Shown: in pieces, positions 22,271-33,612 of the stretch
Layout: each line of letters opens with the position of its first letter
Position numbering within the stretch: the first letter of the stretch is position 1
Assembly (NCBI GenBank): GCA_963801165.1
Contig: CAWDDT010000006.1
Span: 384,001 to 448,000, forward strand
Direction: 5' to 3'
From: an uncultured bacterium
Lineage (GTDB): Bacteria > Actinomycetota > Acidimicrobiia > Spongiisociales > UBA5794
DNA length: 64,000 nt
Made by a program: the position numbers and the translations under genes
Notes under the pieces: model-generated
What the model was told of the DNA's origin: nothing
Databases searched by the model: none
What the model saw: only the letters and a program-made list of their open reading frames with translations

Positions 22271-23701
22271 ATGAGACGCAACTGGAGTGGCGCTGGTTCG
22301 CGGACGTGGAGGTGGGCGACGCTGCTGCTGGCGCTCGGCCTCCTGTTTGCCGCGTGCGGCGGCGATGACAGTGGCTCGACGACAACGACAGCCGGAGAGA
22401 ATGGCGGTGGAACGACGACCACGGCGGGCGGCGATACGTCCAACGTGACACTCAAGGTCGCCATCGTGGACAATCCGCAGATGCAAGACATCGCAACGCT
22501 CACCCCCGACTACTTCACGGCGCAAAGTGGTATCAATATCGAGTACACGGTTCTCGACGAGCAAACGCTACGTGAGGTGACAACCCGCGATGTCGGCGCC
22601 GGCGGCCAGCAGTTCGACGTGGTCATGATCGGTATGTACGAGGCACCTCAGTTCGGTGAGAACGGGTGGCTGTACGATCTCGACAAATGGGCCGTCGACG
22701 ATGCTGCATACAACAAGGGCGACCTCATCCCTGCGGTCGTTTCCGGTCTTTCGACAGACACCGGGTTCTGGGCTTCGCCGTTCTATGCCGAGTCATCGTT
22801 CACGATGTATCGCAAGGACGTGCTCGACGCTGCCGGCATCACCATGCCCGACGAGCCGACGTGGGATGACATAGCCAGCATCGCAGCGCAGGTAGATAGC
22901 GACCAGATGGCCGGTATCTGCTTGCGAGGCAAGCCTGGATGGGGCGACCTCGGGGCAGCTTTCACCACGGTACTCAATACCTTTGGTGGCACGTGGTGGC
23001 TCGCCAACGCCGACGGCTCCATCGGAGCGGCTCAGGTGGATCAGCCCGCGTTCAAGGACGCCCTCACGTTCTACGTGAATCTCGTCGACAGCTACGGCGA
23101 GGACGATGCGGCCAACTCGAGCTTCAACGAATGCTTGACTCAGTTCAAGGACGGCAAGGTTGCCATGTGGTACGACGCCACCGTGGCCGCCGGTCTGCTC
23201 GAGGCCAACGACAGCCCGGTCAAGGGTCTCAACGGCTATGCCCTGGCTCCGGTCAAGGAGACTGCCGCCTCTGGTTGGCTGTGGTCATGGGCCCTGGCAA
23301 TCCCGCAGACCTCGTCGAACCCCGACGCTGCGTGGAAGTACGTGAGTTGGGCAACCGGCCCGGACTATCTCGTCACCGCAGGCGAGAACCTGCCCGGTGG
23401 CTGGGCTGCGGTCCCGCCGGGGACCCGGCAGTCGCTCTACGCAAACCCGAACTACCAGGAGGCTGCGTCGGCGTTCGCCCAGAAGACGCTGGATGCGATG
23501 TTGGCGGCACCGATTGACAGTCCCGGAACCACACCGCGGCCCGGTCTCCCTGGAGTCCAATTCGTAGGTGTTCCTGAGTTCCAGGACACTGGTACCCGTT
23601 GCACCGAGCAGTTCTCGGCGGCGATCGCGGGCAACATCAGCATCGACGATGCGCTTAGCGCCTGTCAGGCGATCGCCTCTGAGTACAGCACCGGCGGGTA
23701 G
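22271..23701 (+). CDS. Polyol/sugar ABC transporter substrate-binding lipoprotein (SmoE/MtlE-like)
   Basis: Lipobox FAAC; PFYAESSFTMYRKD, GICLRGKPGWG, GWLWSWALAIP, GVQFVGVPEFQ. Confidence 0.9.
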   Translation: MRRNWSGAGSRTWRWATLLLALGLLFAACGGDDSGSTTTTAGENGGGTTTTAGGDTSNVTLKVAIVDNPQMQDIATLTPDYFTAQSGINIEYTVLDEQTLREVTTRDVGAGGQQFDVVMIGMYEAPQFGENGWLYDLDKWAVDDAAYNKGDLIPAVVSGLSTDTGFWASPFYAESSFTMYRKDVLDAAGITMPDEPTWDDIASIAAQVDSDQMAGICLRGKPGWGDLGAAFTTVLNTFGGTWWLANADGSIGAAQVDQPAFKDALTFYVNLVDSYGEDDAANSSFNECLTQFKDGKVAMWYDATVAAGLLEANDSPVKGLNGYALAPVKETAASGWLWSWALAIPQTSSNPDAAWKYVSWATGPDYLVTAGENLPGGWAAVPPGTRQSLYANPNYQEAASAFAQKTLDAMLAAPIDSPGTTPRPGLPGVQFVGVPEFQDTGTRCTEQFSAAIAGNISIDDALSACQAIASEYSTGG

Positions 23702-23760
23702 GCGATCGAGCGCATAGATTGAGAAGCTAGGGAACTAGCACGCGGATTAGGAGGAGAGCC

Positions 23761-24690
23761 GTGGAGCAGAACGTGGAGACGCAGATAGCCGACCGCGCCG
23801 CAGCGCACAAGGCGCGCGTACGCAAGGACCGTTGGATACGTCGTCTGCCTCTGCTCCCGGCTCTCATCTTCACCATCGTCATCACGCAAATCCCGTTCGT
23901 GATGAACATATGGTTCAGCCTGACGGAGTGGAAGATCACGCCGCCCGTCCCCCGCGCCTGGACCGGCCTCAGCAACTACGCGACTCTTTTCACCAATACG
24001 TTCTTCCGGTCGGCGGTGTGGGTGACCGCCCTCATGACGGTGGCGGCGGTGGTGCTCTCCGTGCTGCTCGGGCTCGGGATTGCCATGCTCCTCGACCGTG
24101 AGTTCTTCGGGCGGAGTGTCGTCCGTACCCTCCTCATCACCCCATTCCTCATCATGCCCGTGGTAGCGGGTCTCATCTGGAAGGACCAGATCTTCCACTC
24201 TCTCTACGGTGTTCTCAACTGGATACTCACGACCGTCGGTTTCCACTCCATCGCGTTTGTCTCCAAGATGCCCACCTGGTCGATCATCACCGTTCTCGTC
24301 TGGCAGTGGACACCGTTCATGATGCTGATCATCCTCGCCGGCCTGCAGAGCCAGCCCCAGGACATACTCGAGGCGGCTCGCGTCGACGGCGCTTCAGCGT
24401 GGGGGCTCTTCCGAAACATCACCCTGCCCGGTTTGCGACCCTACCTGGAACTGGGCGCACTGCTCGGCTCCATCTACCTCATCCAGGTCTTCGACCACAT
24501 CAAGGTGATGACCGGCGGCGGCCCCGGGTCTACGAACGTTCCCTACTTCGTCTATCAGCGCTCGATAGGCGGCGGTTGGGACTTTGGGCAGGCCGCGGCG
24601 TACAGCACCGTCGTCGTCGTCGCAACAATCATCCTTGCCACATACGGGCTGAGGCTCCTCGGTGGCCTGCTGCCCAAGGAGGAGGGATAG
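23761..24690 (+). CDS. Carbohydrate ABC transporter permease (SmoF-like)
   Basis: WQWTPFMMLIILAGLQS, EAARVDGA. Confidence 0.92.
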   Translation: MEQNVETQIADRAAAHKARVRKDRWIRRLPLLPALIFTIVITQIPFVMNIWFSLTEWKITPPVPRAWTGLSNYATLFTNTFFRSAVWVTALMTVAAVVLSVLLGLGIAMLLDREFFGRSVVRTLLITPFLIMPVVAGLIWKDQIFHSLYGVLNWILTTVGFHSIAFVSKMPTWSIITVLVWQWTPFMMLIILAGLQSQPQDILEAARVDGASAWGLFRNITLPGLRPYLELGALLGSIYLIQVFDHIKVMTGGGPGSTNVPYFVYQRSIGGGWDFGQAAAYSTVVVVATIILATYGLRLLGGLLPKEEG

Positions 24691-24691
24691 C

Positions 24692-25543
24692 ATGAAACGC
24701 ACCGAACGCAAGATCGGCGAGCGCCGCTCGACATCAATCATCCTTTCCATATCGGCGTGGCTGGTCGGACTCATCTTCTTCTTTCCCGTGTTCTGGATGG
24801 TCCTGAACGGGTTCAAGACGGAGGCCGACGCCAACGCCTCCCCTAAGCTCTTCTTCACTCCCACCCTCGAGGAGTTTCGCCATGTCATGACACAGACCCA
24901 GGGTCTGCTCGGGTTCAAGGAAGCGCTGATGAACTCAGTCGTCATCGTCGGCGTATCGACCGTAGTGGTGATGATGCTGGCGGTCCCTGCCGCCTACGCC
25001 CTCTCGATTAGACCCGTCGAGAACTCCCGCGGGGTGCTGTTCTTCTTCATCTCCACCAAATTCCTCCCCATCGTCGCCGGGATTTTGCCCATTTGGATCA
25101 TCGCCAGGGATCTCAACATTCTCAACTCACGGCTGGTGCTCATCATCTTGTACATGGGATTCAACCTGCCGTTGGCCGTCTGGATGCTCAGGTCGTTCTT
25201 CAAGGAAGTCCCGGTGGCGCTGATCGAGGCCTCACAGATCGACGGCGCCAACTTACGCCAACAGATGACCCGGGTCATGTTGCCGATCGTCGCTCCCGGA
25301 ATAGCTGCGACAGCGCTGCTCGTCGTGATCTTTGCCTGGAACGAGTTTTTCCTCGCCGTGCAGCTCAATGCGGTCGACGGATCCACGGTTTCCATCTGGA
25401 TCACGACCTTCGTTAGTACTCGAGGCAATTTCCTCGCCAAACTCTCGGCTGCATCCACCCTGGCAACGCTCCCTGTGATCCTCGCCGGGTGGGCTGCCCA
25501 GAAACGTATGATCCGCGGTCTAGCTATGGGCGCCGTCAAGTGA
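24692..25543 (+). CDS. Carbohydrate ABC transporter permease (SmoG-like)
   Basis: EASQIDGA, FAWNEFF, RGLAMGAVK. Confidence 0.92.
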   Translation: MKRTERKIGERRSTSIILSISAWLVGLIFFFPVFWMVLNGFKTEADANASPKLFFTPTLEEFRHVMTQTQGLLGFKEALMNSVVIVGVSTVVVMMLAVPAAYALSIRPVENSRGVLFFFISTKFLPIVAGILPIWIIARDLNILNSRLVLIILYMGFNLPLAVWMLRSFFKEVPVALIEASQIDGANLRQQMTRVMLPIVAPGIAATALLVVIFAWNEFFLAVQLNAVDGSTVSIWITTFVSTRGNFLAKLSAASTLATLPVILAGWAAQKRMIRGLAMGAVK

Positions 25544-25570
25544 TTGCACCCCACCACCGCCAGGCGCTCC

Positions 25571-25633
25571 GCGCACCCGCCGTGTGCTCTCGGGGGCCCT
25601 CCTCCCTCACCGAGAGCACACCGCGGGGCGCGC
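25571..25633. other. Long imperfect intergenic hairpin
   Basis: TGTGCTCTCGG...CCGAGAGCACA core with GC-rich flanks. Confidence 0.55.
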
Positions 25634-25667
25634 ATACGGTCTTCTCCGGTCTCGCGATGAGGGTTCT

Positions 25668-26471
25668 ATGAAGCCCGCCGGCCGGACAGCTCTGGTGACG
25701 GGCGCCGCGGGTCAGATCGGCGGCGCGGCCGCCGTCGCGCTGACCGGGGCCGGAGTCACGGTAGTTGCCGCCGACCACCCGGGCGCAGCGGAGCGCCTCG
25801 AGGCAACCGTAGACTCATGCCGCAACGCAGGCCCGGATGCATCGGCCCACCCTCTTCTGTTCGATGTCTCCGACCCCGCGGCAATCGAGGCGGCGCTCGC
25901 ATCCCTTCCGGCAGATATCGGCACGCCGGATCTCGTGTTCAACAACGCAGGGATTCAGGGCGCCTTCGCCCCCACCCATCGTTACCCGCTCGACGACGCT
26001 GCCGCGGTGATCAACGTCAACGTCATCGGCGCCCTCAACGTGATGACATGTGCAGCCGCGGCGATGGTCGCCGCCGGCACGGGCGGAGCGATCGTCAACA
26101 TGTCGTCGATGGCCGGGGTGACCGGAGCGCCAAACATGTTGGCCTACAGCACCTCGAAGGCGGCCATCATCGGGATGACCAAGAGCGCCGCAAAGGACCT
26201 GGCCCCGCACGGGATACGGGTCAACAGTGTTTCTCCGGCATTCATAGGCCCCGGTCCGATGTGGGAGCGCCAGATCGAGCAGCAGGCCGCAGCCGGAACT
26301 CAGTACTTCCCGTCCGATCCGGAGACAGTGGCCGAGATGATGATCGACATGATCCCGATGCGGCGCTACGGGGCCGTGACCGAAGTGATCGATGTCGTCC
26401 TCTGGCTGCTGTCGGACCGCGCCGGCTACGTAACAGGGGTCAACATTGAAGTGTCGGGTGGCTCGGCTTGA
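25668..26471 (+). CDS. SDR oxidoreductase, xylitol dehydrogenase-like
   Basis: TGAAGQIG, NNAGIQGAFAP, YSTSK, GPGPMWERQ..QYF..DP, PMRRYG; resembles recalled Gluconobacter xylitol dehydrogenase. Confidence 0.8.
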   Translation: MKPAGRTALVTGAAGQIGGAAAVALTGAGVTVVAADHPGAAERLEATVDSCRNAGPDASAHPLLFDVSDPAAIEAALASLPADIGTPDLVFNNAGIQGAFAPTHRYPLDDAAAVINVNVIGALNVMTCAAAAMVAAGTGGAIVNMSSMAGVTGAPNMLAYSTSKAAIIGMTKSAAKDLAPHGIRVNSVSPAFIGPGPMWERQIEQQAAAGTQYFPSDPETVAEMMIDMIPMRRYGAVTEVIDVVLWLLSDRAGYVTGVNIEVSGGSA

Positions 26472-26551
26472 CGGTGTTGCGCCTCGGCGAGTCACCGGCG
26501 CCCGACACCCGGACGCATGCAAGACGGTCACGAGTGCGCGATGATGACCAC

Positions 26552-27427
26552 ATGGTGACACGCGATCTCGACTCGCTGATCGCCCGGGGCAACACTTCCG
26601 ATGTGTATCGCCGCGGCACGGACTCGGTCGTGAAGGTGCTCCGACCCGGTATCCCGGATGACTGGGCCGCCAGGGAAGCCAAGACCACTCAGCTCGTCCA
26701 TGCCGCCGGCCTACCCGCCCCCGAGGTCCTCGACCTGGTCACCATCAACGACCGCCCCGGCATCGTATTCCGCTGGGTAGAGGGCGTTTCGATGTGGGCG
26801 GAGATGCTCGAGCGCGTCGACGACGTTCCGCGTCTGAGCAGGCTCCTCGCCGAGCTCCAGGCCGAGATCGGCGCCACGCCTGCCCCTGACGGGATTCCCA
26901 CGCTGGTCGACCATCTCAGCGACAACGTGGCCCGCGCACCGCTGCTCTCCAGCACCGAACGCGAGATCGTTTACACCGAACTGCTCCGTCGGACCGGCGG
27001 CACAGCCCTGTGCCACTTCGACGTGCACCCGAACAACGTCCTGATGGCCGGGAAGCAGCCGATGATCATCGACTGGTTCGATGCCGCGGCGGGAAGCCCG
27101 GAGGCCGACATCGTCCGCTCGTCGGTGCTGATGAGACAGGACGCCGCCATCGGTCATCTTCCCTGCACCGATCCGTCGCTCATCGACTACGTGCACAGCT
27201 GTTACATCGCCACCGTGGCCAGCATCCGGGACATCGACACCGACGCGCTGCTGGAGTGGGAATCTCCCATCCTTGCCGGACGCCTCGCCGAGCCCATACA
27301 CGAAGCCATGCGCCAGACAACCTACCGCGCCTGGCGTGACCTGCAGGCTTCGCAGCCGACGCGGCTCACCACCAGCCTGGAATCCATCGGCAACCATCCC
27401 CGGGGATCGACAACGCAACCCCGGTAG
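26552..27427 (+). CDS. APH/choline-kinase-like phosphotransferase
   Basis: IARGNTSDVY, VVKV, LCHFDVHPNNV, IIDWFDA. Confidence 0.82.
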   Translation: MVTRDLDSLIARGNTSDVYRRGTDSVVKVLRPGIPDDWAAREAKTTQLVHAAGLPAPEVLDLVTINDRPGIVFRWVEGVSMWAEMLERVDDVPRLSRLLAELQAEIGATPAPDGIPTLVDHLSDNVARAPLLSSTEREIVYTELLRRTGGTALCHFDVHPNNVLMAGKQPMIIDWFDAAAGSPEADIVRSSVLMRQDAAIGHLPCTDPSLIDYVHSCYIATVASIRDIDTDALLEWESPILAGRLAEPIHEAMRQTTYRAWRDLQASQPTRLTTSLESIGNHPRGSTTQPR

Positions 27428-27448
27428 GAGCTGCTGATTGCATGACCG

Positions 27449-28477
<1,029 letters not shown>

Positions 28478-28729
28478 GAGTGCTCTCCCTTGATCTGCGT
28501 CCAGGACACCGATGTTAGGGCGCCGACATCGTCCGTTGGGTGTGGCTCGCTGCGTGGTGGAAACGGACTCCTGATCGGCGAGAACCTGACGACGGCGCGC
28601 CTCCCATGGGTGGTCGGGACGCGGCGTGCGACGCCGCCGACACGCGGTGCCGCGTGAACAGTTGAGAATCCACACCCTCCGGGCCACGGGCCCGGCCCTT
28701 CGCCGAGTTTCGGGCCCGTCGAAAGTCAA

Positions 28730-28754
28730 ACGCCTCGGCCAAAGGCCGAGGCGC
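28730..28754 (-). terminator. Terminator after tRNA-Leu
   Basis: CGCCTCGGCC-ttt-GGCCGAGGCG followed by TTT on minus strand. Confidence 0.7.
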
Positions 28755-28756
28755 GG

Positions 28757-28841
28757 TGTCGGAGAGAAGACTCGAACTTCCACGAGCGATTAGCTCACTA
28801 GGCCCTCAACCTAGCGCGTCTACCAATTCCGCCACTCCGAC
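28757..28841 (-). tRNA. tRNA-Leu(GAG), CCA not encoded
   Basis: GTCGGAG acceptor, GGAATTGGTAGA D loop, CTAGG-TTGAGGG-CCTAG anticodon arm, long variable arm, GTTCGAGT. Confidence 0.95.
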
Positions 28842-28923
28842 GTTCAGGGCTGCCAGAGTATAGCCAGGGCATCCCTTCAAGGAATCTCGCCATCCGCCCC
28901 TGTCGGGGGCTGTCATGCACCTT

Positions 28924-29997
28924 CTAGACAAGCTGGACGATCTCCGGGAAGTGACACGCCACCCAATGCCCCGTCTCCAGCTCGGTGAGCGGCGGCTCGT
29001 CGACGTCGCACTTGCCGGACTCTGCTTTGGGGCAGCGGGTGTTGAACCGGCAACCCGTCGGCGGGTTCGCCGGTGAAGGGATGTCGCCTTCGAGGATGAT
29101 CCGCTTCCGGCTCGCCTCAATGGCCGGATCCGGAATGGGCACCGCCGACAACAGCGCATGCGTGTACGGGTGCATGGGTCGGTCGTACAGCGTGTCACGG
29201 TCGGTCATCTCGACGATCTTTCCCAGATACATCACGGCGACCCGATCAGAGATGTGCCGCACCACCGACAGGTCGTGAGCGATGAATAGGTAGGTGAGGC
29301 CGTACTCGTCCTGGAGATCCTGCATCAGGTTGAGCACCTGGGCCTGGATCGAAACGTCGAGCGCAGACACGGGCTCGTCCAGGACCATGAACTGTGGCTT
29401 GAGCGCCAGCGCCCTGGCGACCCCAATTCGCTGTCTCTGCCCACCGGAGAACTCGTGTGGGTAGCGGTTGGTGTGCTCCGGGCTGAGCCCGACCACCTCG
29501 AGCAGATGCTTGACCCGCTCGACACGTTCCGCGGTGTTCCCGATCCCGTGCACCGTCATCGGCTCTGCGATGATGCTGGCCACCGTCATCCTCGGATTCA
29601 ACGAGGCATACGGATCCTGGAAGACGATCTGGAGCTCGCGCCGCAGCTCACGCAGCGTGTGCCGGTCGGCCGAGGCGATGTCGACAGGCTCATCGACCGT
29701 CCCATCGGCTGATTGACCCTGGAACCACACTTCGCCGGACGTCGGCTCCAGCAGACGCAGGATCGACCGCGCGGTTGTCGACTTACCACAGCCCGACTCC
29801 CCCACCAGGCCTACCGTCTCGCCACGCTTGACCTGAAAGGAAATGTCCGTGACAGCCTGGACCGCACCCACCCGCTTCTTGAAGAAGACACCCCGATTGA
29901 TCGGGAACTCTTTCACCAGATGATTGACCCTCAGGATCACGTCCTTCGGGATGTTCTGTGAGGTCGTGGTGTCTTCGCTGCGCAGGGTGTCGCTCAT
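28924..29997 (-). CDS. Oligopeptide/dipeptide ABC ATPase (OppF/DppF)
   Basis: [30 protein letters not shown]. Confidence 0.95.
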   Translation of the reverse strand: MSDTLRSEDTTTSQNIPKDVILRVNHLVKEFPINRGVFFKKRVGAVQAVTDISFQVKRGETVGLVGESGCGKSTTARSILRLLEPTSGEVWFQGQSADGTVDEPVDIASADRHTLRELRRELQIVFQDPYASLNPRMTVASIIAEPMTVHGIGNTAERVERVKHLLEVVGLSPEHTNRYPHEFSGGQRQRIGVARALALKPQFMVLDEPVSALDVSIQAQVLNLMQDLQDEYGLTYLFIAHDLSVVRHISDRVAVMYLGKIVEMTDRDTLYDRPMHPYTHALLSAVPIPDPAIEASRKRIILEGDIPSPANPPTGCRFNTRCPKAESGKCDVDEPPLTELETGHWVACHFPEIVQLV

Positions 29998-31004
29998 TTT
30001 GATGGCTCCATGGCCATTGTCTTGAGATCCAGCTCATCGGCCCTGTGGCAGGCAACCGTCTGTCCCTCCTGGCTCTGATGCAGGATCGGAAGCGCCTCGC
30101 GACAGATGTCCTGGGCAAAGTCACACCTCGGCGCAAACCGGCAGCCTTTTGGCGGGTTGATCAGCGAGGGCGGCGCCCCCCTGACCGAGTTCAGCCGATC
30201 CCGATGCGCCTCATCCAGGCGGGTCATCGAGCCGAGAAGACCCCATGTGTAGGGATGTTGCGGGTTGTGGAAGATCTCCTCGGCGGTGCCGCGCTCCACC
30301 AGGGCGCCGGCGTACATCACCTGGATGTTGTCGCAGAAACCTGCAACGACGCCAAGGTCGTGAGTGATCAGCAGGACCGCCGTGTTCCTCTCCTCGGCCA
30401 GCTCGAGCATCAGATTCATGATCTGAGCTTGCGTCGTCACGTCCAATGCGGTCGTCGGCTCGTCTGCGATGAGCAGTTTGGGGTCGCACGACAACCCCAT
30501 CGCGATCATCACCCGCTGCCGCATGCCACCCGAGAACTGGTGCGGATAATCCTGCATGGTGTCCTTGGCATGGGGGATGTGCACATCGGACAGAGTCTGG
30601 ATGGCAATGTCATAAGCCTCTGACTTCGAGACATCCTGGTGCAGCAGGATCGTCTCGACCAACTGGTCTCCGATGGTGTAGACCGGATTCAAAGCGGTCA
30701 TCGGATCCTGGAAGATCATCGCGATCTCGCCGCCTCGAACCTTCTGCATCTCGGCTTCGGTGAGCTGGAGCAGGTCACGCCCATCGAACATGATCGTTCC
30801 CGTGACGATCTCGCCGGCCGGTGGCTCGATCAGCCGCATGATCGACATGGCGGTGACCGACTTGCCGCAGCCGGACTCCCCCACTACCCCACGCCGCTCG
30901 CCGCGATTGACCTTGAACGAGACCCCATCGACGGCCTTGACGACACCTTCCTCAGTTGAGAAGTACGTCCTGAGATCCTCTACATCTAATAACGGTTCAG
31001 TCAC
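29994..31004 (-). CDS. Oligopeptide/dipeptide ABC ATPase (OppD/DppD)
   Basis: [27 protein letters not shown]. Confidence 0.95.
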   Translation of the reverse strand: MTEPLLDVEDLRTYFSTEEGVVKAVDGVSFKVNRGERRGVVGESGCGKSVTAMSIMRLIEPPAGEIVTGTIMFDGRDLLQLTEAEMQKVRGGEIAMIFQDPMTALNPVYTIGDQLVETILLHQDVSKSEAYDIAIQTLSDVHIPHAKDTMQDYPHQFSGGMRQRVMIAMGLSCDPKLLIADEPTTALDVTTQAQIMNLMLELAEERNTAVLLITHDLGVVAGFCDNIQVMYAGALVERGTAEEIFHNPQHPYTWGLLGSMTRLDEAHRDRLNSVRGAPPSLINPPKGCRFAPRCDFAQDICREALPILHQSQEGQTVACHRADELDLKTMAMEPSK

Positions 31005-31007
31005 TTC

Positions 31008-32183
31008 CTACTTCCGTTCAATCGTCTGCGTCGGGTCGAGCGCGTCACGGAGACCGTCTCCTATGAAGTTGATGGCGAGCACGGTCGAGATCAGGGCCCC
31101 CGCCGAGAACACGAGCTCCCACCAGTAGCCGCGAGGGGCGATTGCGGCCCCCGCGGCCGACATGCCACCCCACGTGGGAATCGGGGGACGGACACCGAAG
31201 CCGAGGAAGGACAGGGCCGCCTCGATGATGATGGCGACCCCGACTATCAGGGTCGTCTGCACGATGATCGGGCTGATCGCGTTGGGGAGGATGTGTCTGA
31301 AGATGATCCTACGGTCGTTCGCGCCGGCCGCCCGGGCCGCTTCCACGAACTCCTTCTCGCGAAGCGAGAGGAACTCGGCACGCACGATGCGGGCCAGACC
31401 CCCCCAACTCAGCACGCCGAGAAGTACGGCTATGCCCCAGGCACCCTCCTTCAAGAATCCGGGTAACAGCCGAAGCTCCGGGAGTACCCGCCCGACGACG
31501 ATGGCCACGGGCAGCAGAGGCAATCCCAGCACCAGGTCTGTGAAGCGCATCAGCGATTGGTCGACGACGCCGGGATAGAACCCGGCGACGGCACCGATAA
31601 CGGTACCCAGGATCGCCACAACCGCACCGACCACGATGCCGACGGCGAGGCTTGCCCGCCCACCGTGGATGACACGGGACAGCACATCACGGCCGATGTC
31701 GTCGGTGCCCATGGGCAAACCCGAGCGCGGCCCGACGCTGACCAGCACCCGGCCGTCGGCGCCGGGGAGCGTGTCGGCGTAGTGGTTGATATGCGGAAGG
31801 TTGAGGAGACCCCAACTCGAGACCAGGAACAATGCCGTTACCACCGCGACCAGAGAGAGCGCAATCGCTGTCCCTCTCAGCCGCCCTTTGAACGACCGGT
31901 ACGCGAGAAAGGCTGCGCCGGCCCCCACGATGATCATGATGACGGTTGTCCACCCGCTCATCTCGATCGGGCTGGATCCGCAGAACACGTCGTTCTTCGC
32001 ACAGGTGAACAACGGCGCCATCAAAGCGACATATGAGATGAAGGACATATAGAAGAACGCGATCGTCGCCATCCGGTGCCGCCTCAGGCGGGTAACGAAT
32101 AGGTCCCATTGTGTGATCGGTTCCGCAGAGATGCCCTCTGCGGCGTCTAAAACGAGTTCGTCGCTCGATCCACGCTCAGTCAT
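31008..32183 (-). CDS. Peptide ABC permease (OppC/DppC)
   Basis: [33 protein letters not shown]. Confidence 0.93.
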   Translation of the reverse strand: MTERGSSDELVLDAAEGISAEPITQWDLFVTRLRRHRMATIAFFYMSFISYVALMAPLFTCAKNDVFCGSSPIEMSGWTTVIMIIVGAGAAFLAYRSFKGRLRGTAIALSLVAVVTALFLVSSWGLLNLPHINHYADTLPGADGRVLVSVGPRSGLPMGTDDIGRDVLSRVIHGGRASLAVGIVVGAVVAILGTVIGAVAGFYPGVVDQSLMRFTDLVLGLPLLPVAIVVGRVLPELRLLPGFLKEGAWGIAVLLGVLSWGGLARIVRAEFLSLREKEFVEAARAAGANDRRIIFRHILPNAISPIIVQTTLIVGVAIIIEAALSFLGFGVRPPIPTWGGMSAAGAAIAPRGYWWELVFSAGALISTVLAINFIGDGLRDALDPTQTIERK

Positions 32184-33402
32184 AGCGGACTCTCGGGTCC
32201 AGGACGCCGTAGAGAATGTCGGCAACGATGTTCATGACGACAACGCCTGCCCCGATGGCCAACACCACGGCCATGATCGTCGGGTAGTCGATAGCGTTTA
32301 TGGCTCCGATATACATCCGTCCGATGCCCGGCCAGCCGAAGATCGACTCGGTGATGATTGCCCCACCGATGATGAATGCAATGTCGATCGAGACGAGGGT
32401 GACGATCGGGATCATCGCGTTGCGTAGAGCGTGCTTGACGATGATGGTCCGCCGGGGCAGGCCCTTGGCCTTGGCGGTTCGCAGATAGTCGGAGTGCATC
32501 ACCTCCAGCATCGACGCCCGCTGGAAACGTGAGTAACCGGCCATCGAAATCGCGGCGATCGACACCGCCGGCAGCGTCAGGTGTTGGATGACATCACCGA
32601 GCTGGGACAGCGAAGGAAGGCCGAACAATCCGCGGCCAAGCTGCTCATATCCGGAGCTGGTCATCCCGGCGACATAGAACACCTTCACCCCGAGCCAGCG
32701 TTCCAGCTGATAGGCCAGGACCAGCTGCAGCATGACACCGATGATGAAGATCGGCGTCGAGTACGTGATGAACGAGAGTGTCGTGCCCAGCTGGTCAAAG
32801 AACGAATACTGTCTGATTGCCTGGTACACGCCAAGCGGTATCCCGATGATCAGGGCCAATATCAGTGCGGTCATGCCAAGCCGGAACGTGTTGCCAGCGG
32901 CCGAGAAGATATTGTCCCACACGGGACCGTCGCCCCGGAACGACACTCCCCAGTTGAATGCGAACACAACCCGGCTCTTGAGGATCCACAACTCCATGAA
33001 GGCCACCAGGAGAATCCCGAAAGCCCTATAGGAGCGCCACCAGTTCGCCTCGATCTTGACGAAGAAGGCGGCGACGATGGCGGCGATTGCACCAAAGAAT
33101 GTCGCTATCGCAACCCAGCTGCGAATACCAAGCTTCCCGAACAGCACGATAAGGCCCGCCTGCGACGGGACGTCGACGGGGGTGACGAAGTTGTGCAGCC
33201 AGATTATGTACTGCTCGTACCAGGGCTTGTCGAGCCCCCATTGCCTGGTCAACTGCGGAATCAACGGTTGCATTCTCTGATTCAGCTTCAGCCGATCCAG
33301 CGGGGAGCCCCCGGAGAATTGGATCAGCACAAACACGACCAAGCTCAATGCGAACAGCGTGACTATGCCATAAACCAAGCGTCGAATGATGTACGCGAAC
33401 AT
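32176..33402 (-). CDS. Peptide ABC permease (OppB/DppB)
   Basis: MFAYIIRRL, DYLRTAKAKGL, HALRNA, LDPRVRY. Confidence 0.93.
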   Translation of the reverse strand: MFAYIIRRLVYGIVTLFALSLVVFVLIQFSGGSPLDRLKLNQRMQPLIPQLTRQWGLDKPWYEQYIIWLHNFVTPVDVPSQAGLIVLFGKLGIRSWVAIATFFGAIAAIVAAFFVKIEANWWRSYRAFGILLVAFMELWILKSRVVFAFNWGVSFRGDGPVWDNIFSAAGNTFRLGMTALILALIIGIPLGVYQAIRQYSFFDQLGTTLSFITYSTPIFIIGVMLQLVLAYQLERWLGVKVFYVAGMTSSGYEQLGRGLFGLPSLSQLGDVIQHLTLPAVSIAAISMAGYSRFQRASMLEVMHSDYLRTAKAKGLPRRTIIVKHALRNAMIPIVTLVSIDIAFIIGGAIITESIFGWPGIGRMYIGAINAIDYPTIMAVVLAIGAGVVVMNIVADILYGVLDPRVRYD

Positions 33403-33552
33403 CCTCTAATGCCTCCCGCTCGGGTGCAGAGACTATACCAGGCGCGACGGCCCGGCCGGGGGAGAAACAGTCACACCCCTGGCTCGTGTTGGCCGCAACT
33501 GTGCATTGCCGAAGCTCCTCCTCGAATTCTCGCCGCACCCGCCTCAGCCTAC

Positions 33553-33587
33553 GAGAAGAGGGGCCCGCTGACGCAGGCCCCTCTCTC
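33553..33587 (-). terminator. Hairpin after binding-protein gene
   Basis: AGAGGGGCC...GGCCCCTCT. Confidence 0.6.
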
Positions 33588-33612
33588 AGTTGCTGTGGTG
33601 TTCGGCTTGAAC